From Octopus vulgaris (taxonomy: Eukaryota), in the NCBI GenBank assembly GCA_951406725.2, contig OX597832.1, positions 43,152,001 through 43,216,000 of the forward strand: DNA of 64,000 bases, written 5' to 3'. Shown piece after piece: positions 27,605 through 39,997 of the stretch. Both the position numbers and the translations under genes were made by a program. The number at the start of each line of letters is the position of its first letter. The stretch's first letter is position 1. A model generated the notes under the pieces. The model saw only the letters and a list, made by a program, of their open reading frames with translations, did no database searches and was not told the DNA's origin.

Positions 27605-28605
27605 AGACTGACTATATAATCATCAGCGATACAGCAACTCTCCCAGACAAGAAAAAAAAACCTACAACTGTATTACTTGCACCCACGCTAAAAGGCAGTA
27701 ACTTAACCAGGACAAGCTAATCTAGTAAATAAGTCCTTCTAATCCAAAATTAGTTACAAATCAAGTTAAACCACACGCCTATCTATTTCAGCAATGGTCC
27801 TTGTTTTCTCGTTTAAGCGTTATCGTTTATCGTGCTGTGTCACCCGATACGGTCAACATATGCAGTGTATAGGAAGAAGTCTGTTTTCAGATCTCTCAGT
27901 GTGGAAAACAAAATAATGAAGGCTTTTGTATACGTGAATAGCGCATAATTAATTTGAAACTGCGCTAATATGCAATGTGTGGTGTGCAATGTGCAGTTGG
28001 CATGTATCATAAACAAAGCACGTTCATTTGATAGAAGAAATAAAGAGTCTTTATTACGAATTTGCTCTACATTTTAAATTTGCTTCCTAAGAGACGCGAG
28101 AATGAAATGGTTGTGCCGTTGGCTTCTGGGTTGAAATGCCTCCATCAATGAAGCTATATTATGTTTCTTGTAGTAAACGATGAAGTACACGGTCAGTATA
28201 TTTATGTATGCTATGTTATAGTTTTGTCTGAAGCACATAGCTTTTTCTGCCTCTGATATTGGAGAAGGTGACCGAGTGAATGAGATTGATAAATATAGAC
28301 GCACAGAGGTCTGTGTAGCATAGAATGAGAAAAAAATGAATGAGAGAGCGCGAGAGAGAAAGAAAGAATGAATGAAAGAAAGATAGAAAGAAAGGAAGGA
28401 TGGAAGAAAGGGAGTTAGATGGAAAAGACTGAGAGACCGGTGGATAAACTAGTAGATAAACAGAAAGAAGACAGATATAAGGACAGATAAGATGGTTAGA
28501 TAGATAGATAGATAGATACATACATACATACATACATACATACATACATACATACATACATACATACATACATACATAGAGAGATAGATAGACAGACAGA
28601 CAGAC

Positions 28606-28947
28606 ATCGACCATAGTGCGTACCTGGTACTTAATTTATTGACCCCGAAAGGATGAAAGGCAAACTCAACCTCGGCGGAATTTGAACTCAGAACGTAACG
28701 GCAGACGAAATACCTATTTCCTTAGTACCCACAAGGGGCTAAACATAGAGGGGACAAACAAGGACAGACATAGGTATTAAGTCGATTACATCGACCCCAG
28801 TGCGTAACTGGTACTTAATTTATCGATCCCGAAAGGATGAAAGGCAAAGTCGACCCCGGCAGAATTTGAACTCAGAAAGGAAGCGGCAAACCAAGTACCG
28901 CTAAGCATTTCGCCCGGTTTGCTAACGTTTCTGCCAGTTTACCGCCT
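28606..28947 (-). mobile_element. SINE family B, tandem units
   Basis: Two CCCGAAAGGATGAAAGGCAAA cores, with the head at 28890-28947. Confidence 0.88.
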
Positions 28948-29189
28948 TATGTATGTGTATCTCTTACTAGTAATACGTGATATCGTCGGTCAAGCTAATT
29001 TATATGAAATTATTCCTCCCTTATTTATTTTCCCATTGTCTACGACAGTAACTTTACCACCACCTATACAATTACAACTAATAATTCACCCCCACCTTTA
29101 CCTTCGCTTCTTCGTCTCTGTCCTCTTGTTCTCCAATATCTACTACTTATACTATCACTTCCTATACTTATACTACCACTTCCTACCAC

Positions 29190-29572
29190 TGAGACATTTA
29201 GAAATTCAATATTTCTAATTACGGTGACCAGGGAATAGATTTCACTGTAAATACATATATTTGCGAAGGCTTGACAGGCACCTCAGTTAGCAGGACTTGC
29301 TACCCCAGACTGATGATGAGCAAGACCCAGAAACATGCATGTCTCTAGGTGCTAGTCCTAGCTGATGGAGGTGCTTGCCTCCACTTCGCAAATATAAGGA
29401 CACAGGAAATGTGTCAAAGCCAACAGGAAGCGTCGATGCTTCTTAGGGCTAAATAGCGGTGCTGTAATTCCCTTTACGGGACTGTCACGTTATGTTGACA
29501 GAATACAACCACTCTCTCGCTCCACCACCGCTCATGTCTCTTTGAGACATTTAGAAATTCAATATTTCTAAT
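29190..29572 (+). mobile_element. retrozyme-like unit (353-bp monomer plus 30-bp terminal direct repeat)
   Basis: TGAGACATTTAGAAATTCAATATTTCTAAT occurs at 29190-29219 and 29543-29572. The interior has a type I hammerhead and extensive self-complementarity, and no ORF. Confidence 0.7.
29301..29352 (+). ncRNA. type I hammerhead ribozyme
   Basis: aga CUGAUGA (29310-16), stem II tgag/ccca with one mismatch, GAAA (29330-33), palindromic helix III ACAUGCAUGU, GUC (29341-43), then tct. Stem I extends into a long rod. Confidence 0.8.
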
Positions 29573-30037
29573 ATGTAAATGTTGTTTTCATTTTAAGATA
29601 GCGCTTGGAGTACAGACATTGTCACACTTTTGATAACATATATTTATTTATTGCAAATATACAGATAAGAAATCTGTTTTATTAAATTTTCTCTTTATTC
29701 AATATCTGCCTTACATATATGAAATAAGTCAACACGTTAGATCTACATTTAATTGATTATTAAACAGTATTATTGATATTCATAGCATATACTTTTGGTT
29801 TTGGGACTAAATATGTTAAAATTACACAAAAGATTGCATTATTTGCTATGATTAAAATAACTATTCTCGACAATTTTCAAAATTCACTATATATAATACC
29901 GTTCCACTGCTGTAGTCTAAAAGCTTATATTTTCAAAGTATACGTGTTCTTAAATAGGTCATGCTGAAAAGTGTGTTGCTAATCTTATTGAAAATTAATT
30001 AGTCGCATTTGCAATTACTTGACCCCTGGGCTTAACA

Positions 30038-30353
30038 GGGATCTTTTCGCTTTTACCGGCAGATTTTTAAAAATAAATTCTTTGTAACTAAACACTTTTA
30101 AATTTCGTATGCTGGTAGAATGTGTTACATAAAACAGCTTTTTCTCTTGGCTTTCTTGAGAAAATTCTATAATTTATAAGCTATTTGTTGTTTAATTTCT
30201 TGCATTTCGGCAATTTCAACCAATCAATGACGTCTATTGAGGTGAATACAATTTCTCCGGTTCTTTGTCAACAACATTTTCTGGCGGTGTTTAAAAGTGT
30301 TTACTTACAAAGAAATGATTTTTAAAATCTGCCGGTCAAAGCGAAAAGATCCC
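30038..30353. mobile_element. MITE (non-autonomous DNA transposon) with about 60-bp TIRs
   Basis: GGGATCTTTTCGCTTTTACCGGCAGATTTTTAAAAAT..CTTTGTAACTAAACACTTTT at the left and its reverse complement ending GCCGGTCAAAGCGAAAAGATCCC at the right. No clear TSD. Confidence 0.88.
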
Positions 30354-30464
30354 TCACAAAAGAATGAAAGGCAAAGTCAAACTCAGCGTAATTTATGTGC
30401 AGAACTTAGAAACGTACGAAATGCCGCTAAGCAACTCGTGGCATTGATTATGATAATAACAAGC

Positions 30465-30520
<56 letters not shown>

Positions 30521-30794
30521 CATTATTATTATTATGATGATGATGATGAAGATGATGATGAAGATGATTACAACAGTTTCTTTTAAGTATGCTTCATTCT
30601 TATACACATTTTTGCAAACAATTCTAACTCTCTGAGAAAGAGCTAAAATTCGAAACGTCAAGGACTCTCTAACTTCTTAGGCTCTCATTGACCGTCAAAC
30701 CTATAACAATACTCTGCCATCGCTTTCTCTCGTATTGCTTTCGTTGCTGTTAAATATAAATCTACGTGTGTGTGTATGCATATATATATCTTCC

Positions 30795-30964
30795 TTTTTT
30801 CTCTCCTTTTTTCTCTCCTTGTTTTTTCTGTGTCCCTTTCTGTAGAAGAGCGTAGGCTCGAAACGTAAAAGACTTTTTGTATTCCTGAGCGTTATACTAA
30901 TACATCTGTTTGTTTCGTACACCACCTGCCTTCGTCTTTTGTTTTTTTTTCGTAAAATCTCCCT
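30795..30964 (+). mobile_element. PLE pseudo-LTR-like repeat with hammerhead-like motif (copy 1)
   Basis: cttt CUGUAGA a gagc gtag gctc GAAAC GUA aaag, flanked by (TA)n. Near-identical to 33263-33454. Confidence 0.7.
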
Positions 30965-31319
30965 ATATATATATACATAGATATATATACATAGATATAT
31001 ATATATCTGCTGCCTGAGAGAATGAGAAAAAAGTGGAAGTGAGAGAGACAGAAAGAAGAGGATGTAGTGGTGGTGATGGTCGTGGGGATGGGCCAGCGAC
31101 CGGGAAAAGAAGGGTGGCGGAAGGGGAGAGGTGGAAGGAAAGGAGTGGAAGATGAGGAGAAAGAGAAAAATAGAAGCATTATACGTATTTCGCTAAGGAC
31201 ATAATTTCTGCTTTGGTACAAATATATACAAGCTTCCATTCAGTAAATTCTCTTTACGTGCATACTAATGTTTGTGTGAGTGTGTGTGTGTGTATATTAT
31301 AGATGCATGCGTGTATTTC

Positions 31320-31373
31320 TATTTTATCTAGTTTCAGCTCACGAGCTGTGGCCATGCTGGGGCACCGCCATTT
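31320..31373 (-). mobile_element. short LINE/SINE-type 3' tail unit
   Basis: Minus strand AAATGGCGGTGCCCCAGCATGGCCACAGCTCGTGAGCTGAAACTAGATAAAAT. It is identical to the unit at 43338-43402 and homologous to the SINE A tail. Confidence 0.85.
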
Positions 31374-31374
31374 T

Positions 31375-31379
31375 AAAAA
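31375..31379 (-). terminator. Pol III terminator (T5) downstream of tRNA-Lys
   Basis: TTTTT on the minus strand, 8 nt after the discriminator base. Confidence 0.6.
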
Positions 31380-31387
31380 TTACCATA

Positions 31388-31479
31388 CGCCCGCAGAGGG
31401 ACTTGAACCCGCGACCCTCAAATTACTTCTAAGGTTGACCTATAAAAGTCTGATGCTCTACCGACTGAGCTATGCGGGC
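31388..31479 (-). tRNA. tRNA-Lys(UUU) with 19-nt intron at canonical position 37/38 (gene or retrocopy)
   Basis: Exon 1 GCCCGCATAGCTCAGTCGGTAGAGCATCAGACTTTTA (31479-31443), intron TAGGTCAACCTTAGAAGTA (31442-31424), exon 2 ATTTGAGGGTCGCGGGTTCAAGTCCCTCTGCGGGCG. The acceptor stem is perfect, with one T-stem mismatch and one G-U pair in the anticodon stem. Confidence 0.88.
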
Positions 31480-31711
31480 GGCTGTATAGTTATATTTTTG
31501 TGAATGCGTGCGTATTTTCGTGTGTACGTTACTATTTGTCCCGGTGCATTTACGCGAGGATATGAATAGATGTAAGTGCGCACGTATGCATTTCCATACA
31601 TGTATTTAAGAACTCGTTTAAGTACGTTTGCCTGTACGTTTGGACGTATGCGTTTTGCAAAAACACGTTTACGTGTCTGTGTTTGTGAGTGGTATTTTTT
31701 AATGCCCATAG

Positions 31712-32225
31712 CTATTTCTTTACTACCCACAAGGGGCTAAACATAGAGTGGACAAACAAAGGGATTAAGTCGATTACATCGACCCCAGTGCGTAACTGGT
31801 ACTTAATTTATCGAGCTGGAAGCGAGCTGGCAGAAACGTTCGCAGGCCGGGCGAAATAAGGCGGCGAGCTGGCAGAAACGTTAGCACACCGGGCGAAATG
31901 CTTAGCGGTATTTCGTCTGCGTTACGTTGTGAGTTCAAATTCCGCCGAGGTCGACTTTGCCTTTCATCCTTTCGGGGTCGATAAATTAAGTACCAGTTAC
32001 GCACTGGGGTCGATATAATCGACTTAATACCTATGTCTGTCCTCGTTTGTCCCCTCTGTGTTTAGCCCCTTGTGGGTAATAAAGAAATAGGTATTTAATT
32101 TATCGACTCCAAAAGGATGAAAGGCAAAGTCGACCCCGGCGGAATTTGAACTCAGAACGTAACGGCAGACGAAATACGGCCACGCATTTCGCCCGGCGTG
32201 CTAACGGTTCAGCCAGCTCGCATCG
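31712..32225. mobile_element. cluster of SINE family B pieces in both orientations
   Basis: Minus tail at 31712-31813, duplicated head at 31822-31857, full plus copy at 31860-32093, and minus head/core at 32094-32225. Confidence 0.88.
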
Positions 32226-32426
32226 TCTAAATGTGTGTGCATCATTTAAGTGAGGGAGGATGTATTTGTGAGAATGTGTCTACGTTTCTGTGTCTATGTA
32301 TTTACTTTTCCGTTCATATTCGTCAGTATGTGTATGTTTAGTCATCTGACTTGATGTGAGTAGTTTTTGTGTGTATGGTTACAATTTGTTTAGGGTGAAT
32401 TACATGCGTGTGTTTGTGTGCGTGTG

Positions 32427-32474
<48 letters not shown>

Positions 32475-32493
32475 GTATGTATGTATGTATATT

Positions 32494-32604
32494 GACCTGC
32501 TCGCTTAGCCAACGGGGTGGCGTCATTTGAAGGCTAAAACAATGCGAAGTGCATTGTGACCAGCGATGTGTAGCAACATCTGATAGCCTGGTTGGTCACG
32601 GTGA
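32494..32604 (+). mobile_element. probable short retroelement 3' fragment in (TA)n
   Basis: GC-richer island ending GGTCACGGTGAT between microsatellites. Single copy in this window, so the assignment is inference. Confidence 0.35.
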
Positions 32605-32644
32605 TATATATATGTATATATATGTATGTATATCTATCTATCTA

Positions 32645-32680
<36 letters not shown>

Positions 32681-33214
32681 CTGTGAGAATATTTACTTTC
32701 TTTGGCCGCGAATGGCACGTCTCCGCCAATGATCTTTGGCTCTTTCCCAGCCTTAAGCCCGGCTAAGTTCAAGAATCTGACGATTTCTGATTTGCCGAAG
32801 TTGGCAACTAGAGCTACGAGCTATGATGTCTCTATATTATTTCTTGTGTCAAAAAGGAATCTGCCATGTTCTTACGATTTTTTTTTTTTTTTAAAATTTA
32901 AGGACAAAATAAGAAAGTTAACTGAAATCATGACATACACCGCGTAACATTTTCCTTATGTCGTCTTCTGTTTTATGACCTACTAAATTATGTTCACAAA
33001 AATCCCGGCACACCCCATACATATGCATGCAACACATACGCACGCATACACACACACAGTGACACACACACAGACACACACACGTCAGGATTCCTGACAG
33101 CTTTCATCCACATCTTCCATTCACCAAATAATGTCACAAGACATTTGCTCAATGTGCCACACTTGCACTCAATCTGTGGCTGTGTGGTAAGATGCTTCTT
33201 TACCAACCACATAC

Positions 33215-33262
<48 letters not shown>

Positions 33263-33454
33263 GATGTCATGATAGATCGTTAGCTCCTACACGCATTTTT
33301 TTTCTCTCCTTGTTTTTTTCTGTGTATCTTTCTGTCGAAGAGCGTAGGCTCGAAACGTAAAAGACTTTTTCTATTCCTGAGCGCTATACTAATACATCTG
33401 TTTGTTTGTACTCCACCTGCCTTCGTCTTTTGTTTATTTTCGTAAACTTTCCCT
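33263..33454 (+). mobile_element. PLE pseudo-LTR-like repeat with hammerhead-like motif (copy 2)
   Basis: tcttt CUGUCGA a gagc gtag gctc GAAAC GUA aaaga, flanked by (TA)n. Confidence 0.7.
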
Positions 33455-33527
33455 ATATATATATATATATACATATATGTATATCTATCTATCTATCTAT
33501 CTATCTATATATATATATATCTATCTA

Positions 33528-33617
<90 letters not shown>

Positions 33618-33634
33618 AACATACATATATAATA

Positions 33635-34000
33635 GGCGCAGGAATGGCTGTGTGGTAAGTAACCTTCTCCCTAACCACATTGTTCCGGGTTCAGATCCAC
33701 TGCGTGACACCTTCGGCAAGTACCCTATGCGATAGCCTCGGACTGACTCAAACCTTATGAGTGGATCTGCTAGAGGAAACTGAAAGAAGCCTGTCGTATA
33801 TATAAATTTGTATATACCTCTGTGTGTTTATCTCTCACCACCAGTTAGGTTGTTTACTTCCCCGTGACTTAACGGTTCGGCAAAAGCTTACGATGGAATA
33901 AGTAGGCTTTAAGAATTAGTACCGGAGTCGATATGTTCGACTAAATCCTTCAAGGTGGTGCCCCAGTTTGGCCGCAGTCCAATGACTGAAACAGTCAGAA
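33635..34000 (+). mobile_element. diverged SINE family A
   Basis: Head GGCGCAGGAATGGCTGTGTGG and tail GGCCGCAGTCCAATGACTGAAAC. Confidence 0.85.
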
Positions 34001-34071
34001 GTTAAAAGATACGTGTGTGTGTGTGTGTGTGTCTGTGTCTGTGTGTGTGTGTAAGTGTGTGTGTGTGTGTG

Positions 34072-34102
<31 letters not shown>

Positions 34103-34694
34103 TTGTGTGTAAGTGTGTGCTTGGTACTTGATAATTTTCTGTAAATACAAAATTGGTGGGCGGAGGTCTAGAAGTGAGTTTTTGTAAGCGATTAAGTGAA
34201 CTTACACGCGCGTTTGTGTGTATATATATATGTGTGTGTATGTGTGTGCGCGTGTGAATGGACATTTGTGTGTAGACGCTTGTGGGTGTCACAGCAACGT
34301 GTTCGTGTTATAATGCATGTATATGTTCGTGAGATGTTATAATTGCTATAAAATGTATGTCCATGCGATGGTGAGCATGTGCGTAATTTTATGAGTGTTT
34401 GCATGTGTGTGTGTGTGTGTGTTTATATTGTGTGTATGTACGTAAGTATCCTCATGTGTCTGGTGGGAGGGGGGAACGAAACCTTCACATGAATCAAGAA
34501 TTATAGACATTCTCTTTAGACCCCGTCAAGGCTACATTTAGAATCTAGAATCATGCCATTTACGAAGATAAATGCAAAGTAATTTTCGAAAAGCGTCGAA
34601 AATTGCTATGTGAAGCGAAGGTTTTCATGATTCCACACAGCCACCTTCAGACAGCTGACGATCTGCTCCTCTTTGACAAAACGTACATACACTC

Positions 34695-34759
<65 letters not shown>

Positions 34760-35071
34760 CATACATACATACACTCACTCTTACATACATACATGCATGC
34801 ATGTATGCATACGTACATACATGCATGCATGCATACATACCTACATACATACATACTTACATACATCTATACATGCATACATACATCTATACATACATGC
34901 ATACATACATACATACATATACATACATGCATACATACATGCATATATACATACATACATACATACATACATACATACATACATACATACATACATACAT
35001 TCATACATACATACATACATACATACATACATTCATACATACATACATACATACATACATACATACATACA

Positions 35072-35105
<34 letters not shown>

Positions 35106-35444
35106 CATACATACATACATACATGCATACATACATGCATACATACATTCATACATACATACATACATACATACATACATACATACATTCATACATACAT
35201 ACATACATAATACATACATGCATACATACATGCATATATACATACATACATACACATACATACATGCATACATACCTACATACATACATACATACATACA
35301 TACATACATACATACATACATTCATACATACATACATACATACATACATACATACATACATACATACATACATACATACATACATACATACATACATACA
35401 TACATACATACATACATACATACATACATACATACATACATACA

Positions 35445-35478
<34 letters not shown>

Positions 35479-36067
35479 CATACATACATACATACATACA
35501 TACATACATACATACATACATACATACATACATACATACATACATACATGCATACATACATGCATATATACATACATACATACATACACATACATACATG
35601 CATACATACATACATACATACATTCATATATACATACATACATACATACATTCATACATACATACATTCATACATATATACATACATACATACATACATA
35701 CATACATACATTCATTCATGCATACATACATACATACATACATACATACATACATACATGCATACATACGTACATACATACATACATACATATATACGTA
35801 CATACATACATACATACATACATACATGCATGCATACATACATACATACATACATACATACATTCATACATACATACATACATACATACATACATACATA
35901 CATACATTCATGCATACATACAAACATACATACATAATACATGCATGCATACATACATGTATGCATGCATACATACATACATACATACATACACACATAC
36001 ATACATACATACATACATACATACATAATACATGCATACATACATACATACATACATACATACACTC

Positions 36068-36098
<31 letters not shown>

Positions 36099-36112
36099 CA
36101 TACATACATACA
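34695..36112. repeat. long imperfect (ATAC)n microsatellite
   Basis: Seen directly. It accounts for the 444- and 451-aa HTYI ORFs. Confidence 0.97.
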
Positions 36113-36668
36113 ACGAGAAAGAAGATAATTATGGACAATTGCTTCGAAACCTCTAGCTTTTAAATCCGGATTTCAAATTTACATTTATACCAATAATAAT
36201 TGGAGCACTTGAGTTTGAAAGTATATACCTAAATACTTAACTGTCAGTCGGGATAAGCTTGGATTTTCAGAAAATGAAATCAGCTAATTCGCATATTACA
36301 AATACAGTCTGTAAGCGGAACAGTAAAACTCTGCAAGCCTTTTCTGAGGTTTCAAATTGTGACATATATTTCGTTATCTATATTCCAACGATGGATAGTC
36401 TTACACGTATAAACACACATACAGCCATATACGTATACAGACAGACAAATATAAATGCATACATACATGCAATTATCATATGTACATGCAAACGTAGATA
36501 CATACATACATTTTGGATATATATTTATACACATTCACATAAACACATGTAGACATATGTGTACGTATACATACACTCTCTTATACTTATACACATATAT
36601 ATACATATATACAAATACATTCATACATGCATGCTTTCATACAAACACATATACGTACATACATACAC

Positions 36669-36701
<33 letters not shown>

Positions 36702-36878
36702 TACATACAGGCAATCATACTTACAAACACACACGTTCGTACATGCGTATGCGTAGCACAAATCCATTCATTAATTAACATGCAACAGATAATGTATTTT
36801 CACATATTTGCATATGTATTTACATTATAATCTGCACACCCAAACATATATATATATATATATATGTGTGTGTATGTG

Positions 36879-36925
<47 letters not shown>

Positions 36926-37258
36926 ATATATACACATAGATATATATGTATTAATATATAGAGAAATATACTAATATGTAAATAAACATATACATACATA
37001 GATACATACATACATACACACATACATACATACATACATACATACATACATACATACATACATACATACATACATACATACATACGTACGTACATACATA
37101 CATATACACATAAACATTTATACATATTTTCAATAATGAATAGTCCGGGTATGTGTGTTCGTGTGTATGTGTGTGTGCGTGTGTGTGTGTGGCATAAGGA
37201 ATTTTATGTGTGTCAGAAATAGTACACACAGACACAATCACACACACACATATACATA

Positions 37259-37338
<80 letters not shown>

Positions 37339-37575
37339 ATGTATATGTATATATATGTGTGTGTGTACAAATATATATACCAGTACAAATATATATGTGT
37401 GGCATAAGGAATTTTATGTGTCAGAAATAAGACACACAGACACACGTACACACATATCTCTATATATCTATCTTATATATCTATGGGTATGTATAAATAT
37501 ATGTGTGCGTGTATATATGTGTGTGTAAATATAAATATATATATATACGTATAAATATATATACGTGCTTATACT

Positions 37576-37614
<39 letters not shown>

Positions 37615-37618
37615 ATTC

Positions 37619-37674
<56 letters not shown>

Positions 37675-38141
37675 ATGTATGTACATACAAGCGTACGTAT
37701 ATAGGCATATATACAGGCATACACACATAGGCATCTGAAGACATCTATGGGTGTGCCATATAATTACAAATTTATCTGACGTCTGCATTCATTCATACCA
37801 GCACAGAGTATATTAATCAATAGAATACATCTCGAAATAAACTCTCCTTCCCGCACGTACGCACACGCAAACACGCGCGCTCCCGCACCTTAATGCATAC
37901 AAGCAAAGATTCATACATTCACACGTAGACATAGGCACTTGAACACGTCCATGCGAATATTCATATGTACGTACAGCGTACATATATATACATAGAGAGA
38001 TATAAACATATATATATATACATTCATACAAAACGAAGTACATGAACACTCGTTTCTTTATAAAGATATGTACCTCACTGGTATATACTTTATACTGGAG
38101 GGATAAACATTACATTCGTGCGTTTATATGTACATACTTGC

Positions 38142-38258
<117 letters not shown>

Positions 38259-38265
38259 GTATATA

Positions 38266-38323
<58 letters not shown>

Positions 38324-38327
<4 letters not shown>

Positions 38328-38460
38328 TAGGAGTAGCTGCGTGGTAAGTAGCTTACTTACGAACTATATGGTTTCGGATTCAGTCCCACTGCATGGCACC
38401 TTGGGCAAGTGTCGTCTACCATAGCCTTGTGAGCTTGTGAGAGGATTTGGTAGACGGAAA
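38324..38460 (+). mobile_element. SINE family A 5' part
   Basis: Head and CCTTGGGCAAGTG body. Confidence 0.85.
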
Positions 38461-38479
38461 GCATACATATATATATATG

Positions 38480-38555
<76 letters not shown>

Positions 38556-38610
38556 TGGATTAACTATGTATATATGTATATACATACATACATAAATACA
38601 TACATACATA

Positions 38611-39350
38611 CAAGGGCGTACCCAAAAGAAACCGGAACTATGCCATATTCACTTAGTCTTACACTTTTATCGCCTTCGAAGTACTTTCCATTTGATGCAA
38701 TGCGTCGGTCTAGACGCGTTTTCTGCTGTTCGAAGCAGTCCAGGGACTCTTGCGAAGTGATTGATACATTTCATACCATTTCCTTCATCTTTTCTACATT
38801 TGTAAGTTCTGTAGCATCAGCTTTCGTCACCAGTGATGGCCTTCGAGAAAAGGTCTGGATCGAATTTCCAACTCTTCTTTCAATCGCCGACGCGCATTCA
38901 GTCGCGACTGCCTTTACTCTTCTGTGCGCATGTGCGAGGCCCAATTTTTTTCTGTGACTCTTTCATTCGCAATTCCTCGCTCAAAATTCTTTGGCAGAAA
39001 CTCTATTGCTCGGCGACTGTCTTCCAAGATTTGTTCATGAATTTTCGTAATATTTTCATTCCTTCACGGGGTCGACGGTCGCCCTTAATGATGTTGGTCT
39101 TCAAGGGACATTCCCAAAGCATGAGAACTACTTGTAAACTTGCGTTTTGCTCATGGCAGTATCCTTCTAAGCTTTTTGAAGCATGACAACTATTTCGGCG
39201 GAAAACAGAATTTCACGGAAGCATGCTGTCCTTTGTTTCAGCCATCGCAAAAATCTACGAACAGGGGAGAAGCACTGCAAGCAAAGACGAACCACAAAGG
39301 CGCACCATGTGACGACACAGTCGACAGGCTCATGCCTGAGGATCGCATCA
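38611..39350 (-). mobile_element. degenerate, internally deleted mariner (Tc1/mariner) transposon
   Basis: TIR-like ta|CAAGGGCGTACCCAAAAGAAACCGG at 38611. Minus-strand remnants read SVKFCF..MSKTQVYK..GRPST, CQRILSEELRMK, DPDLFSKAITGDES (first catalytic D), and C-terminal RLDRRIASNGKYFEGDK. Stops and frameshifts are present, and a second TIR was not seen. Confidence 0.85.
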
Positions 39351-39375
39351 AGTGGTTTCTAGCAGTGACACACAA

Positions 39376-39461
<86 letters not shown>

Positions 39462-39464
<3 letters not shown>

Positions 39465-39609
39465 ACGGGCTTCTTTGAGTTTCCTTCTACCAAATCCACC
39501 CACAAGGCTTTGGTCGGCTCGAGGCTATAGTTGAAGACACTGTGGGAATGAACCCGGAACCATGTGGCAGGTAAGCAAGCTACTTACCACACAGCCACTC
39601 CTGAGCCTA
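39462..39609 (-). mobile_element. SINE family A 5' part
   Basis: Reverse complement of the head and body. Confidence 0.85.
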
Positions 39610-39709
39610 TATAGGAGGGAGAGGAGAGAATAAATTTAGGGATCAGGTGTGCATGTGTGTGCTTGTGCGTTTGTGTGTGTATGTGTGCGTGTGAAAGGAA
39701 TATACAGTA

Positions 39710-39905
<196 letters not shown>

Positions 39906-39966
39906 TTGGGTAGGTAGGAAAAGTATTATATTTATGTAAAATCTATGTATACTATTTAAATATATT

Positions 39967-39997
<31 letters not shown>

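Noticed and set aside
30630-30665. Hammerhead-like CUGAGAA...CGAAACGUC
   Set aside because: G8 is changed without compensation and stem I does not pair. At most a decayed relic.
34603-36138. Long ORFs of 444 and 451 aa and similar HTYI, YIYI or MYVC ORFs across the window
   Set aside because: They are translations of (ATAC)n, (TA)n or (GT)n microsatellites, which lack stops in some frames. No domain signal.
38493-39463. Plus-strand ORFs of 154, 117 and 107 aa
   Set aside because: They are antisense to the degenerate mariner transposase on the minus strand.
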